Origin: Eledone cirrhosa
Lineage: Eukaryota
DNA: 64,000 nucleotides
Assembly: GCA_964016885.1 (NCBI GenBank)
Contig: OZ024743.1
Location: forward strand, 122,946,001-123,010,000
Reading direction: 5' to 3'
In this document: in pieces, positions 13,777 to 29,869 of the stretch
Numbering within the stretch: the stretch's first letter is position 1
Layout: each line of letters opens with the position of its first letter
Notes under the pieces: generated by a model
The model's database searches: none
The model's input: the letters and a program-made list of their open reading frames with translations, nothing else
What the model was told of the DNA's origin: nothing
Program-made: the position numbers and the translations under genes

Positions 13777-15211
13777 ACACATATATATATATATTCACCT
13801 CACCTCCGCTATTATATATGGGTAAAAAATAATCATTCTAAATTTTATGATATAGAGTATTTGTGTGCGATTCCCGAGTACTTCTTTATAATCAAAATAT
13901 AGCAAAACTGACTCATACACACGTTCGTGCATGTGGAAATATGCAGTACATATTCATGTATTTGATTGAGTAGCATTCACACGCGCTTACGCAAAACACA
14001 CACATTACCATCAACCCATTTATTTGTTATATTTTTATTTCAAATTTACTATAATGGTAATTGGTTCATAATCACCATGTTTAGTTAATCAAACTAAAAG
14101 AACTGTTTGTTTTTTTAGAGAGTAGATATATATATAATAAGATAACATATATATATATAATAAGATAACATATTCAAAGAGAGGTTTTGTTTACTGGCTG
14201 TCCATTTCTCGTGATTAATCTATATGTTTACGTTCTATTTTATTTCTCTCTAAGAGCAGAGATTGATTTGTAAAGATCTCTTGTTATAAGTTAACATATT
14301 TCCCATCCTTTTCTCTCTGCTTTAGTATTCCAAGCAGCTTGTGCTTATTTCATGAAGTTATTTTTAGTTATGTGTGTTTCATGTATTGATATTATATCAT
14401 CACATTTTATGGGTCAGTAATGTATGGTATATATATATATATCCAGTTTTTCTCATATGTTATAAGCCAATATGGCCAAGGTATTATGGATTAACATCAA
14501 GAGGTTTATGTCATAAGGTCATCTACTATGTATGCATTTCTATTTCAAAACATAGCATTTATATCTGCTATTTGGCTGAAATGTTATTTGACAATATCCT
14601 TTACTGAAAGGATTATTTTTTATCGTATGCATACTTAGTGGAAAATCCTTTCCTGTCCAATATTTTCGTTAAACACGTAGGCATATCTTTATTGAACAGG
14701 CATAGGACTCTTGGCAGTTTACATATTCGGTAGATTGATTAAATATTGTCTTGCTGGCTTCTGGTCCAGTACTCCAAATTTTTTAAAGCTGGAGCCTTTC
14801 CTAATTAATAAAGATTTTTACAAGTATCAAAATATATTGATTAGTTTGTTTTGTATTGTTGGTGTATTGGTTTTTGCCTGTGGAAGGCATCTACTTTACT
14901 TAAGACTACATGAAGTAATATTCTTTATATTTTTCTCTTGTTCTCATCATTATTGTATCCAAATATAATATAGCTTATTGATTTTCCTTTATCCAAATAT
15001 AAATGTTCAGTTTATTGATCTTCCTTTCTATTTTTTCAAAATGGATGGTGACAGTAGAATCCGATGATGACTGTTTACGTCGGCAAATAGTAGTACAAAA
15101 TGTTCAAACAGTGGAATTAATGTTTATGCCATAAAGAAGAAGAGAAGTTCAACGTCGGCATAGGAATGTCTATTTTTTCAACCCTTCATAAATAATTATG
15201 CTAGTTATATA

Positions 15212-15250
<39 letters not shown>

Positions 15251-15253
<3 letters not shown>

Positions 15254-15521
15254 AACCAGTAAGACCCCGACAGCTGAGCTCAAGCCGTTTCGACGGCTAA
15301 TTCTGTATTTGTAAAACTGTTATATATTGTATTTTGTCTGATGAAGGCATACCATGATTTAACTTGGTATCCTTGAAATATATATAATGAAATAAATATG
15401 GTTTTATAAATATAGTTTCCATTTATTAATATTGTATATCTACTCCAAATATTTGTCGAGTGCTTTATATCAGTTATAATAATATTTGCTTGTTGTATCC
15501 CAACAATTTAAATTGAACTTT

Positions 15522-15525
<4 letters not shown>
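15251..15525 (+). mobile_element. Chimera of an inverted family A fragment (15251-15306) joined to a family B 3' end (15307-15525)
   Basis: Family A antisense sequence is joined without a TA spacer to the hammerhead-containing family B tail; the unit is flanked by (TA)n. Confidence 0.8.
15330..15394 (+). ncRNA. Minimal type I hammerhead ribozyme (family B)
   Basis: tattttgt-CTGATGA-aggcatacca tgatttaact tggtatcctt-GAAA-tatata-TA-atgaaata. It has an 8-bp stem I, a ~9-bp stem II and a palindromic AT stem III. Confidence 0.85.
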
Positions 15526-15575
<50 letters not shown>

Positions 15576-15577
<2 letters not shown>

Positions 15578-15763
15578 AGTAAGTAAGACCCCGACGGCTG
15601 AGCTCAAGCCGTTTCGACGGCTAATTCTGTACTGAATTAGCCGTCGAAACGGCTTGAGCTCAGCCGTCGGGGTCTTACTTACTCCTATTACCCACTCTAC
15701 TACCCTAATTATTGAGTACTTTGGTGCGTATGGTCCACCTGGTTCCTTACCACTTTTCCCTCG
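15576..15763 (+). mobile_element. Family A repeat with ~52-bp fold-back arm
   Basis: Symmetric about aattc-tgtact-gaatt (~15631); TA-flanked. Confidence 0.88.
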
Positions 15764-15859
<96 letters not shown>

Positions 15860-16714
15860 GAGAGAGAGATGTAAGTGGGTGTACGTTGAGATGCGTGGCG
15901 TGTATAGGACGTGTAGAGGAATGAAGGAATTAGCATAAAGGATAAAATAAAATAACAACACGAGAGAGAGTTACCTTGGGAGAGATTTAATTGTCCCTAT
16001 ATATTTCGGATTCACATCCATCAACTGGGGGTTTTTTCCGGAGTGGGGGAAAGGTTGCCTGTCGGAAAGGTGCGAAACGCGTCCTCCGCTGTTCGTTGTT
16101 TTGAACATCTGAGGTATTCAGCAGAGCACACGTGCGCGTGAAATGGGGTCGGTCGGGCAGAGGTCAGAGGCCGAAGTAGTTCTTTCAATTGTGGGAGTGG
16201 GGTGGCGCTAGCTGTCAGTCCATTCTCTGCCTGTTTGTTAAATGTTACTGTGTGTGTGTGTGCGTGTGTTGTTGTCTCGCTTGAGTGTGTGTGTGTGTGT
16301 GCGTGTGTTGTTGCCTTGTTCCTCTGTATTGGCAGTGTAGTATGTTCGTATGGTGGAATGCTACTGTGTGTGTGTGTGTGTGTGTGTTGTTGTCTCACTT
16401 GTGTGTGTGTGTGTGCGTGTGTTGCTGCATCGTTTGTTAACTTAACTTAAACCAGCCTCCTCATTTTCACTTCTCTCGTATCGATTGTTTATTTGAGGTC
16501 CTAGGCGTTTGATAAAAAGTGGTTCCTTGATACGTAACGTACCGACGTTTCTTTCAGATTTACCCATTTGCATCGTCGAGGCTTCCAAATGACTTAAAGA
16601 AATTTACCTTATTATTCCACAATGCTTCAAGCAAACTTCAATACTCTCTTATATATATGTATATATATATATATATATAATTGAAATTAAAACATAATAC
16701 ATTTTGAATATATG

Positions 16715-16755
<41 letters not shown>

Positions 16756-16776
16756 AAAAATGAGGTAAATATCTCT

Positions 16777-17313
16777 GAGTACTAAGTACCCATAGAGATA
16801 TATAGGGTGTCTATAATAATATAATTGTTGTTCTATGGTACTAATTTGAGATACCAGAACTATAAAAATTGATGAGCAGAACAAACAAACATTAAACAAT
16901 CTTTTAAATAAATTAAAAAATGATTTAAATATCTACCTGTTCATAATGCTATTACCGGCGGTTTCCTTTTACAAAAGATTAGAAATTTAGAGAATTTCTA
17001 ACGGAAAGTAAATTTCATCAGATAGCTATTTCCATCCTATAGGACTTAAGTCCCACGGTCTGCAAATATAATGCCAACTACCAGCTCGTATGAGTTATGG
17101 CCGTTAAAGTGACCCACACATGAACCGGCCGCTAGTGAAAGCGGGAATATTACAGACGTGTTGATGGCTTTGCTGCTAAAAAAATAGCAGTAAGCAACAA
17201 CGAATTTTTTCTCTACATTGATTGGAGAATATGAACAGGTAGATATTTAAATCATTTTTTAATTTATTTAAAGGATTGTTTAATGTTTGTTTGTTCTGCT
17301 CATCAATTTTTAT
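16777..17313 (-). mobile_element. Family D pLTR-like element with inverted terminal copy
   Basis: 16861-16945 is inverted relative to 17230-17313. It contains the hammerhead at 16948-17026 and is TA-flanked. Confidence 0.8.
16948..17026 (-). ncRNA. Type I hammerhead ribozyme with long stem II (family D)
   Basis: gctat-CTGATGA-aatttac...ttagaaatt ctcta aatttctaa...gtaaaag-GAAA-ccg c cgg-TA-atagc. Stem I is gctat/atagc; the base of stem II is mismatched. Confidence 0.75.
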
Positions 17314-18419
17314 ATATATTTATATATATATATTATATATATTCAACGTATTACGTTTAATTTCAATGTTGATATCATGTGTACATGATAACTATTTGAG
17401 TATCGTTAACTTCTATCAATGTGCAAAGGAAATGAAGTAACAGCAACAACATAACTTTGTAGAGCCTCAGAGAAGATGTACCACAATAGAATTATTTTCG
17501 AATCATTGATTAACTAGCTTCAAAAATGTAGTTCAATATATATATATAGCGTTTCACTCACATTTTATGGTACGTGGATATATTTCACTAGCTTATGTAG
17601 GGTTCTGATTGTCCTAATTCAAACGGAAATTTGAAGACACTAATGATATCTATTCATTTTAGTGCCCATTCCGAAGAACAGCGATATAAGTGGAAGTATG
17701 CTTTCTTTCACAGTATATGTATCATAGAGCTAAGGAATCGGTTATTAATTTTAAAGTGAGCCGTCTCTACTTCGTGGAAGCTGTCAACAGTTAGACAACT
17801 AAATGCAGCATTGCTAACAGAACTGTTAACCACAAAGCTTCGCATAATGTATTTGAACAAGAAATTGGTTATTAATTATATTAACTCGTATATACAAATA
17901 ATATCTTCCGAAGCTTACAGAGAACTTTGGTCAACAGCTTACCACTTTTTCAAAATATCATGATGTTGTCATGTTATCATACGTTTATGCTTGACAATTC
18001 TTTTTACTATCGTCTATACGCATACATAATGCTGAATTATTACTTCTTCGTGTTACATCATATATTTCGTCTAGGGAAAAAGAAGCATTAGTTAAATCTT
18101 TGAATGAATATAAATCTCTCCTTTTCCTTCTCATTCACTCTCCCTCTCACACTCTATGTATTTGATAAAGACTTATATGTGTTTCTCGACATAAATTGCT
18201 ATAATGCTGTCGTAATATAATTGATAACGGACTCTACAGTAGGAAACAAATTGTGAATCCGTTCATGGAAGGCCAGATGGGAGTTGCAACGCCCATATAT
18301 CTTAACGAAAGTTAATGGAGGCATATTCAAAATGAAAATTTATAAGGAGAGGGGAGAGAGAGCGGATCACGAACTCAGTTTATCAGGTTCTCTTTTAAAG
18401 TAATTAATCGGAAGAACCT

Positions 18420-19000
18420 ACTCTGTCTCTTCCATATAGTGTTTTATGTTTAGTTTGAACGCCTATAGTTGATATTTGACAGGAAAAAATGGGTAAGACT
18501 GGAATACTCGAAGCCTGTAGTTTGTGGAAGAATGATATGTCATAATCTTTAGCTTGCGTTTTGAGAATTGAGATACAGTAGGAATGGCAAAAGAGCAGAC
18601 ATCTGCAATGTGTGCTTAGGACAGAGGTGGTTTGCGAATTGGTTGATCATGCGAGCAGAAGTTGTATTAGTGGTAGAACAAGTAGAGAGAAGAAACAATG
18701 CCTGTGTACTGAATATTATAGCATGTTAGCCAGTTCGTCTTTATAAAGAAAGGCAACTATTATTCTTCGAGATGCGGTTTGGAGTGTGGCCGTATGTAGC
18801 GTTAGTTTAATCTTAGATATACGAGTAGAACGACTGCCATGTGATGGTACATATGAGTATCGTAGAGAATCAGCTATTGATCACAGTTTAAACATTGTCT
18901 GAATGTATAATTTATGCAGTTTGATCTCGTTATATTTGTGAGGCCACTTTAAGAGATTAGTATAGTTTGTGAGACATTTGTAGTGATTTGTAAATTTTAG
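18420..19000 (-). mobile_element. Highly decayed L2/CR1-group LINE ORF2 C-terminus
   Basis: Broken minus-strand frames give ...YDISFFHK...FPVKYQL*AFKLNIK, resembling the SFF.RT..LWN.LP...FP..YNL..FK end of CR1/L2-group RTs, with many lesions. Confidence 0.45.
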
Positions 19001-19235
19001 CTCCTTTCTAATGGGTAGAAAAGAATGAAGATAAAAACTAAATTTTCGCGATGTCAGACCTTAATGAGCAGATATCTGGTGCCTACTTTCCCTCGTCCAA
19101 TGGAATATTTTATTTGAATTTCTAAGGTATTATTTATAGCAGTCAACTGTGGTTACAGTTACTTTTCTGCGTCTGGGATTACCCAATTTTCTAAACGAAT
19201 TTCAAATTACGCAGCTCTCCGATAATTTATAAAGA

Positions 19236-19305
<70 letters not shown>

Positions 19306-19372
19306 ATACTTCTACATACAGAGCGTAAACAATGAAATTATAAGGGGGTAATCTATATTTAGGATATTATAT

Positions 19373-19416
<44 letters not shown>

Positions 19417-19909
19417 TATATATATTATATATATATGTGTACGTATGTATATATACATATATATATATAAGATCCAAAATATAGATGAGCTACTTATAAT
19501 TTCATTGTTTACGCTCTGCATGCAGGAAATGCAAGTCTCCCGAGCAATTTAATTAATAAAGCCAGGAAAATGAGTCTACGGGAAATTAAATAGAATAATA
19601 TTGCAGCACAAATTAGGTCACGTATTAAAGACTATGTTGCATAAAAACCATCACTTTGCTTAGCAAAGTTTTAAAGGAATACTTTATTAACGTTGTAGAA
19701 AGAGGTTGATAATAATGGAATGAAAGTAGAGATAATATTTTCGGGTGCATTCTTTTGCATAACATTATTCATTCGCACACAAGGATTATCGAATTTGTAA
19801 ATATCACACCTTAGATTAAATAGGAATATATATATATGTAATCTGAGTTTTTCGAATATTAATAATAACATTAGATTCGTTTGCATATATTTTCACTAGC
19901 TCTGACAGT

Positions 19910-19989
19910 TTGGCAGGTGAACAGTGAGCTGTACTGATGAAGGGTGATACCCAGAAACATTAGTGTCTGCGGTTCTGTTCGCATGCCAA
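19910..19989 (+). ncRNA. Solitary full-size type I hammerhead ribozyme candidate
   Basis: ttggca-g-gt-gaacag-tg-agctgta-CTGATGA-a gggt gat accc a-GAAAC a ttag t GTC-tgcggtt-ctgttc-gc-a-tgccaa. The core is complete with a GUC triplet, a 3-bp stem III and a ~21-bp bulged stem I. There is an A-A mismatch at the base of stem II. Confidence 0.8.
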
Positions 19990-20939
19990 CACAAGAGCAA
20001 GAATGAAGTGTTCATTCTACTGACATGGCTATAAAATTGAGGCTTGTTTGCAATGTTATTATTAATATTCGAAAAACTCAGATTAGATTTATTGTATTCA
20101 GCCATGTAGAGCGAAATTATCTTTTTTATATATATGTATGTATAGTTATATATAAATATTATCCAGTTACAAATATGAAATTAGCTCGATGTAAAATAAC
20201 AAGTAAAATACAGAGCCGAAATAGAATGTAAATGACAATCAAAGAGTGTTTAGACTTCCAAACATTTAATCACTGACGATTGTGTCATCCTAACACAAGG
20301 TCGGTTTCATCGGAGTTGATAACAAAAGTGAAACACAAATATAAGTTCAAAACTTTGTCACAAGACCATTAGGAGGATACATAGTATGGGAGGCTAGATA
20401 AGCATAAGTATCAACATTTATATAAGGTAACAGAGGTGGAAAAATCATATGAAGAATAAGAGCAGATAAATGCAATAAAAATTAGGAGCAGATAAAAGCA
20501 ATAAAATAAAAAAAAATTAAAAAACATGCTGTTATACAGATAAATTAAGTACAGTGAAAAGCATATATCATAAGTAGTTAAGAAAGTTAATAAAATTAAT
20601 AAGAGAAGGCATGCAATTCAAATATAAATTTTAAAATACATCAGCAAAAATTAATTTTAAAAAATATATTTAAAAATACATTGTTTAAAAGTTTAGATGT
20701 TCGTGTAGCATGGTCAGGGATTACAGATAGGTGCAAGACTACATAATTCAGTCATAATAATAATTATTTTTCAAAACGTCCAAAGGAGCTAATGTAATGT
20801 TGAGTAAATAAATACAATCATCAAAGTAAAAAAACCCAATATAGGTGGAAGTATTATCAATTAGGCACTCAAGACACATCATCCACATAGTTGAATAGAG
20901 GGGACATAGTCATATGCCTATCTACTGTCTATCTACTTA

Positions 20940-21026
<87 letters not shown>

Positions 21027-21387
21027 ACCTAATTTGCGAGCAGTAGTCCTGTAGATTGAGAACCATGAATCTTAAATATGTAAGGCTATCAGAGATATAA
21101 TCGAGATTGTAAATACTTGCGATAGTAAACGACCAGCAGCATTACAATTATTATATTCTAGTTTAAATAATAAATTGATATCTATAATCAGTAGTAAAAT
21201 TAGATAACATATTGAAATATATACTGGGGTCAATTTGATCCACTAAAACACTTTGTACACCCCCTAAAAAGATATAAGTAGAAGAAAAAATAGAATATGT
21301 ACGTCAGTCTATGTATGTTTTTAAACATGTGTATGTTCTTAAGCACACGCGCGAGTCTCTTTCCGCTTGTCTTTAAAAATGTATATA

Positions 21388-21505
<118 letters not shown>

Positions 21506-22444
21506 AGCATATACGAGACAACTTTAATTTGGTTGATTAATGTGTGTAAAACAATCTATTTCGAGACTATATTTGACCGGGACATCGCAGTATTAATCTT
21601 TAAACTTATCCATATGCCACGAAGTAAAATTGTTCGCAATTTTCAAAATAAGGAATTCCCTGTCAGGGATTAGTTGTGAATAGCTCTCAAATTATTATTT
21701 CGCTATTATATATAATAATACATTTACAGAAATAATCTATCCACTTCAACATAGAGTGAGAATGTACTATAGGGAAGTCATTAATTTGAAACTAAGTCTA
21801 TAGTAAATCAAACAAGTGTGCTTCTACAATGTTCTATTGCATCGTTGTTGAACTGGGAACAATCAGTCTCCGTTCACATGAGATATGAACGACTACCAGC
21901 AACACCAATTATTATACTCTTCTAGTGTGAATGACACATATTGATATCTATACCATTTCCAAATAATACAGTGCAACGCCATAAGTTTGAGCGTGTGTAT
22001 ATATATATACATATATATATGAATGTGATTGTGTTTAGATATTCGTGTTTGGGGTATAAATATGTAAGTATATATGTATATATGTATATATGTATATATG
22101 TGTTTGTCTGTATAACTCATCATCACAAAACTCATTTTTTCGATGCGTAAAATCTTAAAAGCAACGATAAATCATATGATAGAGTTAATTGGTTGAGGAA
22201 ATGATTTATTCCTCTGGTACATCAGAACTATTCATTGTCAAAGAGAAGCAACAGCCATTGCGATTAATTAACTGATAATGACATTATAAACGCTAACAAT
22301 ACACCAAGGAATATTCAGCACGATGTGAACAAAACCAAGATGCACCGGCTTCATTGGATACACATAACTAATGTTAGTATATTTTGCATATATACATTTA
22401 TACATATATATAATACTAATATTAGTCACGTATATTTAATGAGG

Positions 22445-22482
<38 letters not shown>

Positions 22483-22483
<1 letters not shown>

Positions 22484-22607
22484 AACAAAGAGGGTGTGGT
22501 AAGATACCAGGTGGACCATAACGCACCAGAATACTCAATGGTTAGGGTAGTAGAGTGGGTAACAGGACCCCGGCGACTGAGCTCCGGCCGTTTCGACAGC
22601 TAGATCC
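22483..22607 (-). mobile_element. Family A repeat, single arm
   Basis: Matches the family A consensus (caggtggaccataacgcacca...ctccggccgtttcgacagctagatcc) next to (TA)n. Confidence 0.85.
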
Positions 22608-24071
22608 AAACTAAGCTACCAGTGTGCTAGTGGCTCTTTGCATATATATATATATATATATATATGACTGTGTGTGTGTGTGATTGTGTATATATATGTG
22701 TGTGTGTAATTATGTGTAGGTGTGTGTGTGTGTGTGTAATAGTGAAACCATGTCGTCAGGTACGGTGGTTTATGGAGTTATCGCTATACATCACTTACCT
22801 CCAATATCTTTCTTTCTCTTTCTCTTTCTAGCCTCTTGGAGCTCTAATCTTTACCGTTTTTACCATCCACACTTAAAGTAATTTGCCACCACATTGTATG
22901 AGATTAAAGTCACTCTTAATGTTCTTAAATTAAGTATTTGTGGCGTCATTGCGTCTCACCAACTCTCACTTACACTTTACGGCCATACATATACTTACAT
23001 TTCTTTATACATCCATACACGCATATACTACTTGTCTACATAAATATTGTGTCGTCAAGTATGAAATTTGTAGAAATTTGCCGAAATAAACCCCATTTCT
23101 ACAAATGACAAACTTGACAACCTAATATATACATTCATATACATAAATGCATAAAGGCCATAAGTACAAATATAATGTAGTAGTGGTATTATTTCATTTA
23201 GTGAGATGCACTTGGATGGTGAGAGAAATTGAGAGAATAATGCAATGCTGTCACAAACTACCACGTATTCCTAATCTTACTCCTTTTAATCCTTCATTGT
23301 TTACATCGAATTCTCACTTTTACTCACCAACCTCTATTCTTTCTTCTTACCTACTCTGCTACACATAATGCTCATACTCCACCACTCTTACTTTCATATT
23401 TACTTCTCACTCACTTTCCTTTTTCCCATTCTATATCCCCCAGTCGAAATTTGTCTACCCCATCCCTCTGTCTATCTGCCTCTCTCTCACTCTCTGTTAT
23501 TAATAATTACTCTTTTGCTCCTTATGTTTCTCTCACTCCCATTCTCACGATCAATCTATCATTTTTATTTTTCTCCTGTATTTTATGCTGTCAAAACACA
23601 AACATAACATAAACATAAATAGCTTACCATGAAACTTTTGCAATTTTCATTTCGGGTATGATCATGCCACTTGATGAGGCTTTAGCACAATACATTGGAA
23701 TGACGTCAAAATACGGAACACCTTAATCTTTTATTAAAATGACATGCCGTCCATCGTGTCGAGAAATAAAAATAAACTAGCAATTAATTTCGCTACTTGA
23801 AAATATGGATACCAGAATCTTTTTTGAAACTGTGCAGGACTTATTTTATTCCATGGAATTTCAAATCGTACTACTGATTTAAGATTATATTCTCATCATA
23901 TTATAAGACAAGTGATAACATTGATGAAATTGTATAAGCGAATCTTCCAAACCCATTTAAATACATGTAACATTCACCCTTGCAACTACAGCTATCCAAT
24001 CTCTACTCTCTCACACAAGTTTACCGCGGCATCTTGGGAAAGTGTCTTCCTTCATAGACTCTGGTTATGCA

Positions 24072-24128
<57 letters not shown>

Positions 24129-24356
24129 AGTCGATATGATATTATCGCTACTGTTGAACAGTTATGTAGAGGGCATAGTCAAAATGATTGCGGGTGCTTC
24201 TATGAAATTCTTGTACTCACATCGTTTGACGTCACATGAAATGTGGATGAGCTATGGTTTAACTAGCATCTAGTTTCCAGAGAAAAAAGTACTCAATTCC
24301 GAATCAGAGTTTCAATATTCATTTTATTAAAGCTAAATAGTGAGTCTTACATATGT

Positions 24357-26110
<1,754 letters not shown>

Positions 26111-26118
<8 letters not shown>

Positions 26119-26345
26119 TAAAATAACAGATTAAGGTTTAAGCAAAGAATCGCTGCTTTCACCCTTAACGGGATCTTCTGAAAGTTTCAGAAGATCCCAT
26201 TAAGGGTGAAAGCAGCGATTCTTTGCTTAAACTTTAATCTGTTATTTTAATAAATATTTGCTCTACGGTTCTTTTATATTTGATATATATTTATCCTTAT
26301 CGAGCTCTCTTTGGATTTTAGTCTTCAAATTTATTATTATTACTA
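26111..26345 (+). mobile_element. Family F TA-inserted repeat with ~70-bp fold-back arm
   Basis: Symmetric about cttctg-aaagttt-cagaag (~26184). Its 3' tail tccttatcgagc...ttttagtcttcaaatttattattattac recurs at 6387-6436. Confidence 0.85.
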
Positions 26346-29217
26346 TATATATATAAGTAAAACACAAAAATCGAAAACAGTAACAAAGAGTGCAGTACGA
26401 ACAGTGTTGGTATTAGGTTCACGCTTGAGAGTGAGGGGTGGGGGACGACGTTTCGGAAAGGTGGGAAGGAAAAGAGTTCCGAGGGTGTGAGGAGGAGTGG
26501 TGGAAAAGCATTAAAAGGAAGGGAAAAAAATGAAAACAAGTGGTGGAAGTGTGTGAGGCATATATATATATATATATATATATGTGTATATATGTATGTA
26601 TATATATATATGTATTAATAATATATATATAAACAGATGCACACACATACACATACATATATATGTGTGTGTGTGCGGTGGGGGGTGGTGCTTAACGTGG
26701 GCACCTTTATGCTAATGATGTAGTTATTTTGTAAACGCTGTTGGTGTTGTGCTACAATACTCACAACTGGTCATATATAGAAAAACGCCCACCGAGACTA
26801 AGAGGTATAAAACTAATATATTTCTATTGATTTTCTACATAGTGATATTTATTTCTGTTAAACTTTTAAAATTCAGAAAATTAATTTTTAATAAGAATGA
26901 TTCTTTTAAGTTAACGCTTCTTGTGCTCTCCTTAACACATTATTGACAAAACTGATTATTTAGAATATGATATTTATGCATGAGATATTGAAAGAATTAA
27001 ATTAATACATCTTTTATAAATGAGTATAGGAGCTTATCTAAAATAGTCCATAATAATCATTTATGTTCACCAGCAGTTTGTACGCTTATAGTATTATTTA
27101 TATTTTTATATCTTGAAAATGGTATTCTCAATTCATCATTTTTCCTATTTATCTTATTAAATATCTTCATGAATCGTGCATTGTATTTTAGATAAATCTT
27201 CCCTTGGGTACGACGCCATCAATTACTGCTAATAACCGTGAATATTATAGATTATAATTCCAATATCTAGGTTTCATGATAATCAGAAATAGTAGTTTTA
27301 AGGGTGATAGGCCTTTTTTTTAACAAGCAGACGATCTATATCTCTTGAAAAAGAACATAATAATCTAAATGTTAAAAGCATCGTATTTTAATATCGAATC
27401 AATAGTGACAGTATTACAAATATTCAAACACCATAAAAATGTCCAGGCAATATCTCTTGAACTAGGTACATAAAAGACCAAAATATACCTATATATAATG
27501 CCTAAGAAAATCGATATATATTAAGCTGTTCTGAAATTATGCAACACACGACTTGCAAAATCCAATTGACCTTATCTGAAGGAGTATTCAACCATTCATA
27601 ATTGATAAATGATGTTTTGGTGAAACATGTATGATGTCAATACTGGGAGACATATTATCAAGATAATACTGGGTTACAGCCTGTCCATTGTAATGTACGG
27701 ATGTATTTTGACAGGTCATGTACAGTGTATCATTGATGCTTTAATACATTCTATATGAGAATATATGTCAAGTATAGTGTCAAGTATAAATTTATTGTTA
27801 AGTACGGATTACTATGGAAATCACTAGCGTCAAAACATTAATCTGAAATAGAAATATGAGCTTCTTCAAAATTTACGTTGACTAATTAGGGATTTGCTAA
27901 GAAATAATTTAAAGCATAATTAATATAGTGATTTTATTCAAAGGCATGAAATCAAAATATCTTAGAAAGAATTATTTGTCTTCCACTAACACTACATGGA
28001 TAGATTTATCGCAAGGTGGTATTCAATTGATCATTTACAACAATTCGTTGATTATGGACTCATTCCTTACTGAAGTGTTAGGCTATATGGGAGCGTGTCA
28101 CCTCTGTTAGTCTGTCAGACACTGGAGTTGTTGGTAAGCACAATGCCTATACTGGTCGGGCAGATTAATAACCAAAATGATTCAAGATATGACCAACACA
28201 GCTATTTTGAAACATCTACGACTATATATGCTAATACGTAATTTTCCGTTTTCAATATGTAGGTAAAATATGAAAGAAATGTGGCTGCTATTTCTAGCAC
28301 GTGGAAACTGTATGTAAAAACTCCATCTGGCCAGCTTATAAGCATTCTGAGTCAGCAATTTTGTTTATGTATTTTGAGTGAACCTTAATGAGAAAGTCAT
28401 GTTAAAATAATGTTACACTCGTGGTTTATAGGTTGCCATGTTAAGGTCTTTATAGAATGATTCGAAGAAAGTCGTAGCGCGTATCAATTCACAAGTATAT
28501 TATTGACAGTAGGATGAACTCATGATATTTCGATCGGAATTATTTATTAACGTACTGTCATGTTTCCCACAAAGATAAACAAAGATGATAATAAAAATAT
28601 GAAATAATCATCAGTAAAGGAAACCACCGGGAAAGAGTTATTTATTACAAAGGCATCAGTGATTGGATCGTTTCTTCTGTAACACAGAACATCTAACGAA
28701 TGTAAAATTGCTTCATTTTTATACATTAACACATCCATTGATGTTAACCATTATTTAAGGCTAGGCAAATTGCATCTAACATATACAAATACGTATTCAT
28801 TCATATGTATTGATTTGTGTGTACGTGTACGTGGGAGTGACAAAAGGAAAGATTGTGTGTGTGTGTGGGGGGGGGGGGGGGGTGTAAAGAACTATGATTA
28901 CACATATACGTGAATGATTGTGTCAGAGAGTATGTGTGCGTGTGTCTATGTGTATGTGTGTGTGTGAATGTGTGTGCGTGTGTGCCTAATTGATTTTATG
29001 ATTGCAGTAATCTATATGTATGTAACATTTTAGCACGTCAATCGTTCCAGCATGTCAGAATATGTACGAAATTCAAATTTGTGTATGCACACACACACAC
29101 ACACACACAGAGGCAAACACACCCCACGCACACGTACACACACATAGTCACATACATACACAATTAATGCTTGTTTTATAGGTTTGTAAGATAAACAACC
29201 TGAACACAACACGCGCG

Positions 29218-29334
<117 letters not shown>

Positions 29335-29390
29335 ATATATATATGTATACATATATATATATTATACATTTATATATATGTGTGTATATC

Positions 29391-29428
<38 letters not shown>

Positions 29429-29788
29429 GAACTGTGAGTGTGTGTGTGTGCGTGAAAAAATGTATTATATAAATATAAATGTGATGAGTATATAAATGTA
29501 TTACACATATATATTCTGATTAATGTCGTAATATGAGATGAGAATACTTATCTTAATATGTATGTGAGAATATTAAATCTTATATATAATATAGAGAAAA
29601 TACCTCCCAAAGAATGAGGAAGTTGATAGTCGATTAAACACATCCCAGTACTTGAATAGTAGTTTTCTTGATATATACTGGTAAAATATAAGGCAAATAT
29701 TGACCTCCATTATATCTGATTTTCAGAATGTGAAGAAACAAAAGAAATACCACAAATCAAATTGTGCTATATGTGTTATATATATGTG

Positions 29789-29869
<81 letters not shown>

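Noticed and set aside
14100-15180. Possible decayed TE coding region on the minus strand
   Set aside because: Strand-skewed composition only; no identifiable protein motif
22745-22765. CTGACGA on the minus strand (also CTGAAGA at 35365 and 35938, CTGACGA at 50297)
   Set aside because: No downstream stem II plus GAAA and no stem I, so not hammerheads
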